From assembly GCA_947581905.1 (NCBI GenBank), contig CANPWC010000001.1, positions 1 through 42,600 on the forward strand: 42,600 nucleotides of DNA, in the 5' to 3' direction. The position numbers and the translations under genes are program-made. The notes below the pieces were generated by a model. It was given only the letters and a program-made list of their open reading frames with translations. It was not told the origin of the DNA and ran no database searches. Every line of letters starts with the position of its first letter. Within the stretch, counting starts at the first letter, position 1. Source of the stretch: an uncultured Acetatifactor sp. GTDB taxonomy: Bacteria; Bacillota; Clostridia; Lachnospirales; Lachnospiraceae. Below are positions 8,366 to 17,064 of the stretch, in pieces.

Positions 8366-10120
8366 ATGGACTGCAGGGAGAAGATCCTTTCCGAACAGTA
8401 CCGCGACGTGATCGTGGATTACCCGGTCCGCCGCATGCCCGATGAGGGCATGGACTTTTGTTCTGTGAATCTGGACAATCTTTATCATTTCGTTTATATC
8501 AACAGCTTGGGTCTTCCGCCGTTGATGGCGGGGCCCGAGGAATACCAGACAATACCGAAACTATATGCCCTTATGAGGATCCGGGGCGGCCAGGGGACGC
8601 CCGGCGCTGCCTTCGACCCCGGCAGCCTGACCGCCTCCGGCATCACCCGTGTGCAAAGGCAGCCGTTGAGCCTGACCGGGAATGGCGTAGTCGTCTGCAT
8701 CATCAGCTCCGGGATCGACTATACCCGGGAAGTGTTCCGTGACGAATCCGGCAATAGCCGCATCTTAGCCATCTGGGACCAGGAGGACCAGACGGGAACC
8801 CCTCCCGAGGGCTTTTTATTTGGAAGCGAGTATACGCGCAAGGACATCGACCGGGCGCTTCGTGCGCTAGACCCTTACGCCGTGGTCCCCAGCAGGGATG
8901 TGGAGGGGCACGGCACCGCCATGGCCAGCGTGGCGGCGGGGAGCCGCCTCGGGGGCGGCACCCTTTTCTTGGGAGCCGCGCCGGACGCCCAGATCGTCGC
9001 GGTCAAATTAAAGGACTGCAAGAAATATCTGCGGGACTATTACCTGATCCCGGAGGGCGTCCGCGCCATTGAAGAGCAGGATATCATGTTGGCGGTAAAA
9101 TATGCGGATTCCTTCGCGGATACGTTCCGACGCCCCGTGGTCATCTGCCTGGGGATCGGGACCGGCTATGGGGACCACAGCGGCAACTCCGCCCTGTCCA
9201 GGTACTTGAACAGCATCGCCGTAAAAAGGAGCCGCGCCCTGGTCGTCTGCGGCGGGAACGAAGGCAACGCCGCCCACCATTATAGCGGGCTGCTGGAGCA
9301 GTGCCCCAAGCCGCATGACGCGAAAGCCCCCTGTATGCAGCCCCAGGACTATAAGGACGTGGAAGTGCATGTAGGGGAAAATAACAGGGGCTTTTTGATG
9401 GAATTCTGGGGCAACATCCCGGACATCTTCAACATCGCCATCCGCACCCCGGGCGGCGAGACCGTGCCGCCCCTGCGCCTTGGCATCGACCAGAGCGTCA
9501 CCTATACCTTTATTTATGATAAGACGCGCCTTACCGTTTCCAGCGTGCTGGTGGAGCCGGTCTCGGGGGAGGAGCTCATCTTGTTTCGGCTCCAGGACCC
9601 GACCGCGGGCGTTTGGAATTTCCGGGTTTCCGCCGTTGGCAAGGTCCATAACGGCACGTTTAACCTGTGGCTTCCCATCACGGAGTTTTTATCCTCGGAA
9701 ACCTTCTTCCTGGAGCCGGACCCCTATATCACGCTGACGGAGCCCTCCCTGGCGGAAAGCGTCATCGGGGTGTCCGGCTATCATGATTTCAACAACAGCT
9801 TCTACCTGGATTCCGGGAGAGGGTTCTCCAGGACGGGGGAGGTCCGTCCCGTGTTCGCCGCGCCGGCGGTGGACGTCTTCACGGTCTATGGCAGGCAGAC
9901 GGGAGGGAGCCTGGCTGCGGCCGTCACGGCGGGAGGCGTGGCGCAGTTCATGCAATGGGCCGTGGTGGAGCAGAACCGGGAGCTGATGGAGAGCAAGGAG
10001 GTCAAGAATTACTTTATCAGAGGGGCTTCCCGGGACCCGGACCTCTATTACCCCAACCGCGAATGGGGGTACGGGCGGCTCAACGTGGCGGGGACCTTCG
10101 ACGTCCTGGCGGGCGTGTAG
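8366..10120 (+). CDS. Csp-family (clostridial germination) S8 subtilase, probably catalytically impaired
   Basis: SRILAIWDQ, GHGTAMASVAAG, GGNEG, jelly-roll insert and YPNREWGYGRLN. The catalytic Asp position reads IISSGID. Confidence 0.85.
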   Translation: MDCREKILSEQYRDVIVDYPVRRMPDEGMDFCSVNLDNLYHFVYINSLGLPPLMAGPEEYQTIPKLYALMRIRGGQGTPGAAFDPGSLTASGITRVQRQPLSLTGNGVVVCIISSGIDYTREVFRDESGNSRILAIWDQEDQTGTPPEGFLFGSEYTRKDIDRALRALDPYAVVPSRDVEGHGTAMASVAAGSRLGGGTLFLGAAPDAQIVAVKLKDCKKYLRDYYLIPEGVRAIEEQDIMLAVKYADSFADTFRRPVVICLGIGTGYGDHSGNSALSRYLNSIAVKRSRALVVCGGNEGNAAHHYSGLLEQCPKPHDAKAPCMQPQDYKDVEVHVGENNRGFLMEFWGNIPDIFNIAIRTPGGETVPPLRLGIDQSVTYTFIYDKTRLTVSSVLVEPVSGEELILFRLQDPTAGVWNFRVSAVGKVHNGTFNLWLPITEFLSSETFFLEPDPYITLTEPSLAESVIGVSGYHDFNNSFYLDSGRGFSRTGEVRPVFAAPAVDVFTVYGRQTGGSLAAAVTAGGVAQFMQWAVVEQNRELMESKEVKNYFIRGASRDPDLYYPNREWGYGRLNVAGTFDVLAGV

Positions 10121-10149
10121 GCAGGCAAGGCATAGGCAAAGGGACGGTA

Positions 10150-10188
10150 AATTAAACTTAATAAGCGCGAATGGAATTAAACTTAATA
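10150..10188. promoter_or_regulatory. tandem palindromic operator-like sites
   Basis: AATTAAACTTAATA occurs at 10150-10163 and 10175-10188; each copy contains the palindrome ATTAA-NN-TTAAT; the second abuts the -35 box. Confidence 0.55.
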
Positions 10189-10218
10189 TTGACTTTTGGG
10201 GAAGAAAGAAATTATAAT
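10189..10218 (+). promoter_or_regulatory. sigma-A promoter of XRE regulator
   Basis: TTGACT-18 nt-TATAAT in an AT-rich intergenic stretch. Confidence 0.65.
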
Positions 10219-10267
10219 GACATAAGGTTACTAGCAAGAATTGACTGGTCGAAGAGGGGGCCTTGGC

Positions 10268-11605
10268 ATGTCTATGTTCAGCGAATACCTGAATCAGTTG
10301 ATCCAGGGCAGAGGCATCACCATATCCAAGCTATCCAGGGAATCCGGCGTGGAACGGACCACGATCCATAAGGCTTTGACGGGCGGGCGTATTTTGTCCT
10401 ACCGCGCGATGGAAGCCTTAGCCTACTATTTGAAATTATCCCCCCAGGAATCACAGCAACTGAAACAATACCATGACATGTTATTTGAAGGAGAAGCCGC
10501 TTACCGGTCCCGGGAAGCCGTCACGGAGATGTTAAAAGACGTGTCGGACCTGTGGCTGTCCAGGCCCAGGGACGACCAGGAGCGCGGGCTGCCGGAATTG
10601 GACGACGTAAGGGAAAAGGAAGCGGCCATCTTCAAAGGCTATACGAAGATTGACAGGCTGGTGCAGCTGGTCCTGGCCGAGGAGATGGATTGCCCGGAGC
10701 CTGGCGTGCGGATGGCGGTCCCTGCCAGCGTCAAGGTCCTGGAGAACGGCGTGACGTGGCTGTACCGCCACTATTCCAAGGTGAAGATCACCCACATCAT
10801 CGCGCTGGACGCTTCCACTGAAAAATATAACCTCCACAACCTGGAATGTGTGCGCAATTCCCTGCCCGGCTGCGTGTTGTCCGGGCAGCAGTACCATGTT
10901 TATTATTATTACAGCGACCTGGTGAACGTCCAATATACGGACCCGCTTCCGTATTTCCTCCTGACCCACAACGGCGTGGTATGCTTTTCCCAGGATTGCC
11001 AGACGGCGATTTACCTGAAAGAAAAGGAACAGATCGAGTATTTCCGCATCTGCTTCGCCAATTTGGCGGCCTCATGCCGTAAGCTGGTGGAATACGTGGA
11101 GGATGCGGGGCAGGCATGGAAGGCTTTCTGGGACGCGTCCCTTGAGGACGGCTTATGCTGCCTGATGTCCCAGCCTGGCTTTTCCTTATCCCACGAGAAG
11201 CTCAATATGGCCTTTACGCGGGAGGGCGTCCGTACTTTCCTGGAAACGGGAAGGCAGTTCGACGTTCCCGGGAAGCCGCTTGAGGTGGCGGATGCCGCGA
11301 AACGGGAGGAGCTGGTCCTTAAGTTGTCCGCGTCCATCCAGAACGGGGCCAAGGCCAGGATTTTGAATGATTTCACGGTGGAATTTCCCCACGACCTGGC
11401 GATGCTGTCCAGCGCGAAACAGGGCATCCTCCTTTATGAGGTCAACGGGAAGTGGGCGATCCGGATCAAGGAGCCCAGCATCGGCCAGGCCTTGCATGAT
11501 TGGATGGTCCACCTGATGGACGGCAAAGGGGTGCAGGGGCAGGAGGAGACCCTGGAGACTTTGTGGGATGTTTTAAAAGTGTGGCAAAAGAGTCTTGCAG
11601 AATGA
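10268..11605 (+). CDS. XRE/Cro-type HTH transcriptional regulator with large C-terminal domain of unknown function
   Basis: N-terminal FSEYLNQLIQGRGITISKLSRESGVERTTIHKALTGGR is an HTH_3-like motif; the rest is not recognised. Confidence 0.75.
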   Translation: MSMFSEYLNQLIQGRGITISKLSRESGVERTTIHKALTGGRILSYRAMEALAYYLKLSPQESQQLKQYHDMLFEGEAAYRSREAVTEMLKDVSDLWLSRPRDDQERGLPELDDVREKEAAIFKGYTKIDRLVQLVLAEEMDCPEPGVRMAVPASVKVLENGVTWLYRHYSKVKITHIIALDASTEKYNLHNLECVRNSLPGCVLSGQQYHVYYYYSDLVNVQYTDPLPYFLLTHNGVVCFSQDCQTAIYLKEKEQIEYFRICFANLAASCRKLVEYVEDAGQAWKAFWDASLEDGLCCLMSQPGFSLSHEKLNMAFTREGVRTFLETGRQFDVPGKPLEVADAAKREELVLKLSASIQNGAKARILNDFTVEFPHDLAMLSSAKQGILLYEVNGKWAIRIKEPSIGQALHDWMVHLMDGKGVQGQEETLETLWDVLKVWQKSLAE

Positions 11606-11624
11606 GCACACATTTTGGCACATA

Positions 11625-11653
11625 TTGATTCGCAGTTGTGAAAATTTTATAAT
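11625..11653 (+). promoter_or_regulatory. sigma-A promoter of the Tad operon
   Basis: TTGATT-17 nt-TATAAT ending 37 nt before the tadZ-like ATG. Confidence 0.7.
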
Positions 11654-11690
11654 TTTATAAGAAATTTTTACGAAAAGGGATGGCGCGTAC

Positions 11691-12752
11691 ATGAGAATCA
11701 GATTAGCGATACTTGAGAAAGACCAAAGCTATTTGACGCGGATCGTATCTGCCTTCAGCAGCAGGTTCGCGGATAAGTTTGAGATTTATTCCTTTACCGA
11801 CAAGGATGTGGCCCTGGCTACGCTGGACAGCGCCAGGATTGACGTGCTTGTGGCGAGCGATGTTTTCGATATTGACGTGAAGGCTTTGCCCAAGAGGTGC
11901 GGCTTCGCTTATTTCGTGGATTCGTTCGGCGTTGACACCATCAACGACCAGGTGGCGATCTGCAAGTTCCAGAAGGCGGAATTGATTTACCGCCAGATTT
12001 TAAGCATTTATTCAGAGAAAGCGGGCAGCCTCTTCGGCATGAAGTCCGACGACGAGAGCACGAAGATCTTCCTGTTCAATTCCGTGAGCGGCGGGACGGG
12101 CGCTTCCTCCATGGCGGCGGCCTGCGCGGTGCATCTTGCTTCCCAGGGCAAGAAAGTATTGTACCTTGACCTGGAGAAGTTCGGCTCCTCCAATTCTTTC
12201 TTCAGCGGGGAGGGGCAGTTCGACCTAAGCGACATCATCTATGCCTTAAAGAGCAGGAAGACCAACCTTTCCTTAAAGCTGGAAAGCAGCGTGAAGCAGG
12301 ATTACAGCGGCGTATACTTCTTCGACGCCCCCAAGGTGGCCCTGGATATGATGGAGCTTGGCGGCGAGGACGTCCTGCAGCTGATCTCCGAGATCAAGAC
12401 GATGGGCGTATATGAATACCTGGTGCTGGACACCGATTTCGCTTTAAATAAGGATAGCTTGAGCCTTGCCCGGCAGGCGATCGCCGTCTGCTGGATCGGG
12501 GATGGCTCCGAGATTTCCAATGAGAAGACCCGCAGGGCGTTCCAGGCGCTTACGATCCTGGAGCAGAACGCGGACCTGCCTCTGCAGAACCGCCTGTATC
12601 TGATCTACAACAAGTTCAGCAACAAGACCAGCACGACCCTGGATGATTTAGGGGTTAAGAGCCTGGGCGGCGCGCCCAAGTACGAGCATGCCACATCGGC
12701 ACAGGTGCTGGAGCGCCTCGCGAAGCTGGAATTGTTCGACAACATCATCTGA
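11691..12752 (+). CDS. TadZ/CpaE-like pilus localisation protein (pseudo-receiver + MinD/ParA-like domain)
   Basis: Atypical receiver N-terminus, ICKFQKA linker, degenerate P-loop SVSGGTGASS, KKVLYLDLE, YEYLVLDT; first gene before tadA. Confidence 0.75.
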   Translation: MRIRLAILEKDQSYLTRIVSAFSSRFADKFEIYSFTDKDVALATLDSARIDVLVASDVFDIDVKALPKRCGFAYFVDSFGVDTINDQVAICKFQKAELIYRQILSIYSEKAGSLFGMKSDDESTKIFLFNSVSGGTGASSMAAACAVHLASQGKKVLYLDLEKFGSSNSFFSGEGQFDLSDIIYALKSRKTNLSLKLESSVKQDYSGVYFFDAPKVALDMMELGGEDVLQLISEIKTMGVYEYLVLDTDFALNKDSLSLARQAIAVCWIGDGSEISNEKTRRAFQALTILEQNADLPLQNRLYLIYNKFSNKTSTTLDDLGVKSLGGAPKYEHATSAQVLERLAKLELFDNII

Positions 12753-12757
12753 CGCGT

Positions 12758-12859
12758 CGCAGAGGGACGCTTGCCTGGCGCGGCGGGATGGATGACGTGT
12801 ATGCCGCAGGCTTAACGGGCGGCATGCCTGCCGCAGAGGTACGCTTGATTTGCCTGGCG
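12758..12859. repeat. imperfect intergenic direct repeat flanking a hairpin
   Basis: CGCAGAGGGACGCTTGCCTGGCG (12758-12780) versus CGCAGAGGTACGCTTGATTTGCCTGGCG (12832-12859), with the stem ATGCCGC...GCGGCAT between them. Confidence 0.6.
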
Positions 12860-12888
12860 GTCCGGATAGATTGGGGGATTGACTACAT

Positions 12889-14127
12889 ATGGATTATGAA
12901 CAAGAGCAACAGTTTGTTGCGGACGTGAAAAGATATGTCACAGAGAACCTTTCCTTAAGCAAGATGGAAGATGATGAGCTGGAGGAGAAGATTGAGGAGA
13001 TCGTGGCGGAGCAGCTGCGGGGACGGTACTGCTCCATCGACCAAAGGGTGTCCATCACCCAGCAGGTCTACAGCTCCATCCGAGGCTTCGGCCTTTTGGA
13101 TTCCATCATCCGGGACGATACGATCACCGAGGTCATGATCAATGGGCCGGACAATATCTTCATAGAGCAGAAAGGACGCCTGTTCAAGCTGGATAAGAAG
13201 TTTGAAAGCCAGCGCCGCTTGGAGGACGTGATCCAGAGGATCGTGGGCCTGGCGGGACGTGAGGTCAACCAGGCGAACCCGATCTGTGACACCAGGCTGC
13301 CGGACGGCTCCCGTGTCAACGTGGTGCTGCCGCCCATCGCCCTGTGCGGCCCGACCCTGACCATCCGTAAGTTCTCCAAGGAGCCGATGACCATAGAGAA
13401 GCTGATCTCCTACGGCTCCATCACCCAGGAGATCGCGGATAAGCTGGAGCTTTTGGTACGCGCGAAGTACAACATCTTCATCTGCGGCGGTACCGGCTCC
13501 GGGAAGACGACTTTCCTGAACGCCTTATCCAATTACATACCGAAAGATGAGCGTGTCATCACGATAGAGGACTCCGCCGAGCTGCAGATCGTCGGCGTGG
13601 AAAACCTGGTGAGCCTGGAGACGAGGAATGCCAATACTTCCGGCGCGGGCGCGATTACGATCAGGGACCTGATCAAGTCTTCCCTGCGTATGAGGCCGGA
13701 GCGGATCGTGGTCGGCGAGGTCCGTGGAGGCGAAGCGCTGGATATGCTGCAGGCCATGAATACCGGACATGACGGCTCCCTGTCCACCGGCCATGCCAAC
13801 TCCACCCATGATATGCTGAGCCGTCTGGAGACCATGGTGCTGCAGGGCGCGGAGGGGCTTCCCCTGGAGGCCATCCGGCAGCAGATCGCGTCTGCGGTGG
13901 ACATCATCATCCACCTGTCCAGGCTTCGTGACAAGTCCAGGAAGACCATGGAGATCACGGAGATCGTGGGCTATGAAGATGGGCAGATCATCTTAAATCC
14001 CCTGTATGTGTTCGAGGAGGACGAGAACAGTACGTTGGATAAGGTATCCGGGAGCCTGAAACGGACGAAGAACCCGATGAAGAACGATTTCAAGCTAAAG
14101 CTGTCCGGCATCAGGACGGAGATTTAA
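12889..14127 (+). CDS. tadA: Tad pilus assembly ATPase TadA/CpaF
   Basis: TEVMING, RLPDGSRVN, Walker A GGTGSGKTT, TIEDSAEL, LRMRPERIVVGEVRG, AMNTGHDGS.STGHAN. Confidence 0.95.
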   Translation: MDYEQEQQFVADVKRYVTENLSLSKMEDDELEEKIEEIVAEQLRGRYCSIDQRVSITQQVYSSIRGFGLLDSIIRDDTITEVMINGPDNIFIEQKGRLFKLDKKFESQRRLEDVIQRIVGLAGREVNQANPICDTRLPDGSRVNVVLPPIALCGPTLTIRKFSKEPMTIEKLISYGSITQEIADKLELLVRAKYNIFICGGTGSGKTTFLNALSNYIPKDERVITIEDSAELQIVGVENLVSLETRNANTSGAGAITIRDLIKSSLRMRPERIVVGEVRGGEALDMLQAMNTGHDGSLSTGHANSTHDMLSRLETMVLQGAEGLPLEAIRQQIASAVDIIIHLSRLRDKSRKTMEITEIVGYEDGQIILNPLYVFEEDENSTLDKVSGSLKRTKNPMKNDFKLKLSGIRTEI

Positions 14128-14137
14128 GGAGAAGGTT

Positions 14138-14998
14138 ATGGGATTATTCAAGAAAGAAACGAAAGTGCAAGAACCTCAGTACTATATGTCATCGACCAAC
14201 ATACCTACCTATAATTACAGGGTGTATTATATGAAGCCTTTGGAAAAGGCGCTGTACTTCCTGTTGGCGTTCGTGGTGGGCGCGGCCGTGGGCTACCTGT
14301 TCTACGGCGGCATCGGCAAGGATGAGTTCGGGCAGCCTACCATGGTGACCTGGGTGCTGAACATCCTCATCCCCTCCGTCGTGGGCATCGCGGCGGGCGT
14401 GCTGTTCATCCCGACCCGGACCAAGGCGATCATCGCGAAGAACCAAACCGAGCTGAACCACCAGTTCCGGGATATGCTGGACGCCCTGACCACCTCCTTG
14501 GGGGCAGGCAAGAACGTCAACGACTCCTTCTTCTCCACTTATGAGGACCTGAAGATCCAGTATAATGAGAACGCGTTCATCTTAAAGGAGCTGGATGTCA
14601 TCCTGGCGGGGATCCACAACAATGTGCCTATTGAGGATGTGCTTTACGATTTCGGCCTGCGCAGCAACAACGAGGACATCTTAAGCTTCGCCAACGTGTT
14701 CAAGATCAGCTACCGCAAGGGCGGCAACATGAAGGACATCATCCGCAACACCCACAGCATCTTGAGCGACAAGATGGAAATCCGGGAGGACATTGAGACG
14801 CTTGTCACCTCCAATAAGACAGAGCAGAACATCATGGTGGTGATGCCCATCGCCCTGATCGGCATCATCAAGATGATGAGCCCGGATTTCGCCAAGAACT
14901 TCGTGACCCCCACCGGCATCATGTCCACGACTTTTTCGCTGGTCATCTTCGTGGTCGCGTACTTCGTGGGCAAGTCCGTATTGGATATCAAGTTGTAG
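14138..14998 (+). CDS. tadB: Tad platform protein TadB (T2SSF family)
   Basis: Two N-terminal TMs, QFRDMLDAL..SL.AG, KGGNM..II and C-terminal TM pair; directly after tadA. Confidence 0.85.
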   Translation: MGLFKKETKVQEPQYYMSSTNIPTYNYRVYYMKPLEKALYFLLAFVVGAAVGYLFYGGIGKDEFGQPTMVTWVLNILIPSVVGIAAGVLFIPTRTKAIIAKNQTELNHQFRDMLDALTTSLGAGKNVNDSFFSTYEDLKIQYNENAFILKELDVILAGIHNNVPIEDVLYDFGLRSNNEDILSFANVFKISYRKGGNMKDIIRNTHSILSDKMEIREDIETLVTSNKTEQNIMVVMPIALIGIIKMMSPDFAKNFVTPTGIMSTTFSLVIFVVAYFVGKSVLDIKL

Positions 14999-15010
14999 GA
15001 GGTGGCGGGC

Positions 15011-15889
15011 ATGACAGGCTTGACGATATTAGACTTTGCAATCATCGCGCTGGGGGCGCTTTCCCTGATAGTCTGGCTCATCTTTTTCCTGAAAGGGAAA
15101 AAGTATAATTCCATGTTCGACGTGTTGGAGGAAAAGGAGTTCCCCCTGAAAGAAATCTACGGCATGGGCTATGCCGTGCTGGAGACGTTCAAGTATCAAT
15201 ATACCGGCAAAAAGGACAGGGAGCTGCGCCAGGAGATGGACGTCCTGTATGGCAATAAATATTCCGAATATTACCTCCGCGTGGTGCATGCGCAGCAAAT
15301 TTCCATCTCCATGACGGTGTTCGTGCTTTCGTTCACCTTCTACGGGCTGACCTCGGAAATCCTGGCGGTGCTCATCGGGTTGATGTTCACTTGGGCCGCC
15401 TACTACTATTACGGCACCTTGACGACGAAGAAGATCAAGGACCGTTCGGACGAGCTGCTCCACGACTTCTCCGAGGTCGTTTCCAAGCTGGCGCTGCTTA
15501 CCAACGCGGGCATGATCCTGCGCGAGGCCTGGCAGGAAGTGGCCATGGGCGGCACGTCCACCATTTACCAGGAGATGCAGGCTTCCGTCAACGACATGAA
15601 CAACGGCATGGCGGATGTGGACGCGATTTATAATTTCGGCACACGCTGCATCATCCCGGAAGTCAAGAAGTTCACCTCCACCATCATCCAGGGCGTCACC
15701 AAGGGCAACAGCGAGCTGACCATGATGCTCCAGGAGCAGAGCAAGGAAGTGTGGCAGATGAAGAAGCAGTTGGTAAGAAGGGAAGGGGAGAAAGCCGCGA
15801 GCAAGCTGATGATCCCCATCTGCATCATGTTCGTGGGAATCTTAGTCATGATCCTGATCCCCATCTTCACCAACCTGGGCGTTTCATAG
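15011..15889 (+). CDS. tadC: Tad platform protein TadC (T2SSF family)
   Basis: KLALLTNAGM..REAW, GEKAASKLMIP and C-terminal TM. RBS GGAGG lies 8 nt before ATG 15011. Confidence 0.85.
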   Translation: MTGLTILDFAIIALGALSLIVWLIFFLKGKKYNSMFDVLEEKEFPLKEIYGMGYAVLETFKYQYTGKKDRELRQEMDVLYGNKYSEYYLRVVHAQQISISMTVFVLSFTFYGLTSEILAVLIGLMFTWAAYYYYGTLTTKKIKDRSDELLHDFSEVVSKLALLTNAGMILREAWQEVAMGGTSTIYQEMQASVNDMNNGMADVDAIYNFGTRCIIPEVKKFTSTIIQGVTKGNSELTMMLQEQSKEVWQMKKQLVRREGEKAASKLMIPICIMFVGILVMILIPIFTNLGVS

Positions 15890-15949
15890 GGCTTTATTGT
15901 AATTTACATACATAAAAGCAAAATAATCCAACGAAAGGAGATGTTACCA

Positions 15950-16180
15950 ATGAGTGTACAGAGTCTTATGGTATTAGGCACGTACGCAAAGATGAAGCTG
16001 AGGGAGTTCTTCACGGATGAGGAAGGCGATGTGAACATCGTTTCCATCGTGGTTTTGATCGGCATCGCGGTCCTGTTGGCGCTGGTCTTCCAGGAGCAGA
16101 TTACGGGGCTTTTGAATTCCTTGTTCGATGTCATAAAGGGGAATGCGACCAGTGCTGTCAGCGGCGGTGGCAGAGAATAA
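15950..16180 (+). CDS. flp: Flp-type major pilin (clostridial Flp1-like)
   Basis: 76 aa; leader ending FFTDEEG followed by hydrophobic helix (DVNIVSIVVLIGIAVLLALVF). Strong RBS AAAGGAG 9 nt upstream. Confidence 0.8.
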   Translation: MSVQSLMVLGTYAKMKLREFFTDEEGDVNIVSIVVLIGIAVLLALVFQEQITGLLNSLFDVIKGNATSAVSGGGRE

Positions 16181-16224
16181 CTCTTAACCTTGATCGGCGT
16201 ATGAGAAGATGCCTTTCGTTACAG

Positions 16225-16328
16225 GCGGCGCCTCCCCTGAAAGGGGAGGGGCTGCCGGTGACGGAAAGGGGCACTTTGGGGGAGACGTTCCCTGCAGGGA
16301 TGACTTTCAGGGAATGCCTCCCATGTGC
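16225..16328 (+). other. two consecutive stable stem-loops downstream of flp
   Basis: GGCGGC-G-CCTCCCCTGAAAGGGGAGG-G-GCTGCC, then GGGAGACGTTCCCTG...CAGGGAATGCCTCCC. No poly-U tail. Confidence 0.65.
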
Positions 16329-16390
16329 TGCCGCGTAAACGTATGGATAAGCGTCCGGCAGCGGGCAAGATGCAGGAAAGGATAGTCAAG

Positions 16391-17050
16391 ATGATAGGAA
16401 AGCTCAAACGGGAATTGACAAAAGAAAAGGGTGCGGTGCAGATCATGGAAGCGTCCATCGTTTTTCCCATCATGTTTATTATCCTTTTCTTTTTGATTTA
16501 CATGGGGAACGCCTTCTATGAGAAGACCCAGATAGAATATGTCGTCAACCATTATGCCATTGAGGGCGCGGCTTATTGCGCGGACCCAATCCTAAGCGCC
16601 ATCAAGGCGAATGGGGCAGTGCCGTCCGTCAGCAATTTGGAGTCCGAGCCTTACCGCTATCTGTTCGGCGTAGGCGATGTGCCAAGCGATATTGCGCGTA
16701 AAGTGAAAGAAACGATCAATGGGAAAGCGTTTTCGTTCTTCAGCAACATGTCCCCGACCGTCACGGCAAGGGCAAATTTCAACAATAAGATTATTTATTC
16801 CACGTTTTCCGTGGAAGCGGACTATCAGATCCGCTTCCCCATCAGCTTCCTGGGGAGGAGCACGCCTCCTGTCGTAGACGGCAGCGTGCGTGCGGAGATT
16901 CCCGTATGTGACACGCCGGAACTCATCCGGAACACGGACATGGTCATAGATTTCATGCAGCAGTTTGAATTTGGCAGGAAGTTTGCCGAGGGCGTGTCCA
17001 ACTTATTTAGTAAGATCAACGGCTTTATCAGAGAATTTGCCGGGCAATAG
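16391..17050 (+). CDS. TadE-like minor pilin
   Basis: Class III signal LTKEKG/AVQIMEASIVFPIMFIILFFLI and C-terminal DTPELIRNTD motif. Confidence 0.8.
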   Translation: MIGKLKRELTKEKGAVQIMEASIVFPIMFIILFFLIYMGNAFYEKTQIEYVVNHYAIEGAAYCADPILSAIKANGAVPSVSNLESEPYRYLFGVGDVPSDIARKVKETINGKAFSFFSNMSPTVTARANFNNKIIYSTFSVEADYQIRFPISFLGRSTPPVVDGSVRAEIPVCDTPELIRNTDMVIDFMQQFEFGRKFAEGVSNLFSKINGFIREFAGQ

Positions 17051-17064
17051 TGAGGTAGACATAT

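Noticed and set aside
16190-16390. c-di-GMP riboswitch near the pilin gene
   Set aside because: A GAAA-containing hairpin is present, but the GEMM-I/II consensus cores could not be matched and it lies downstream of flp.
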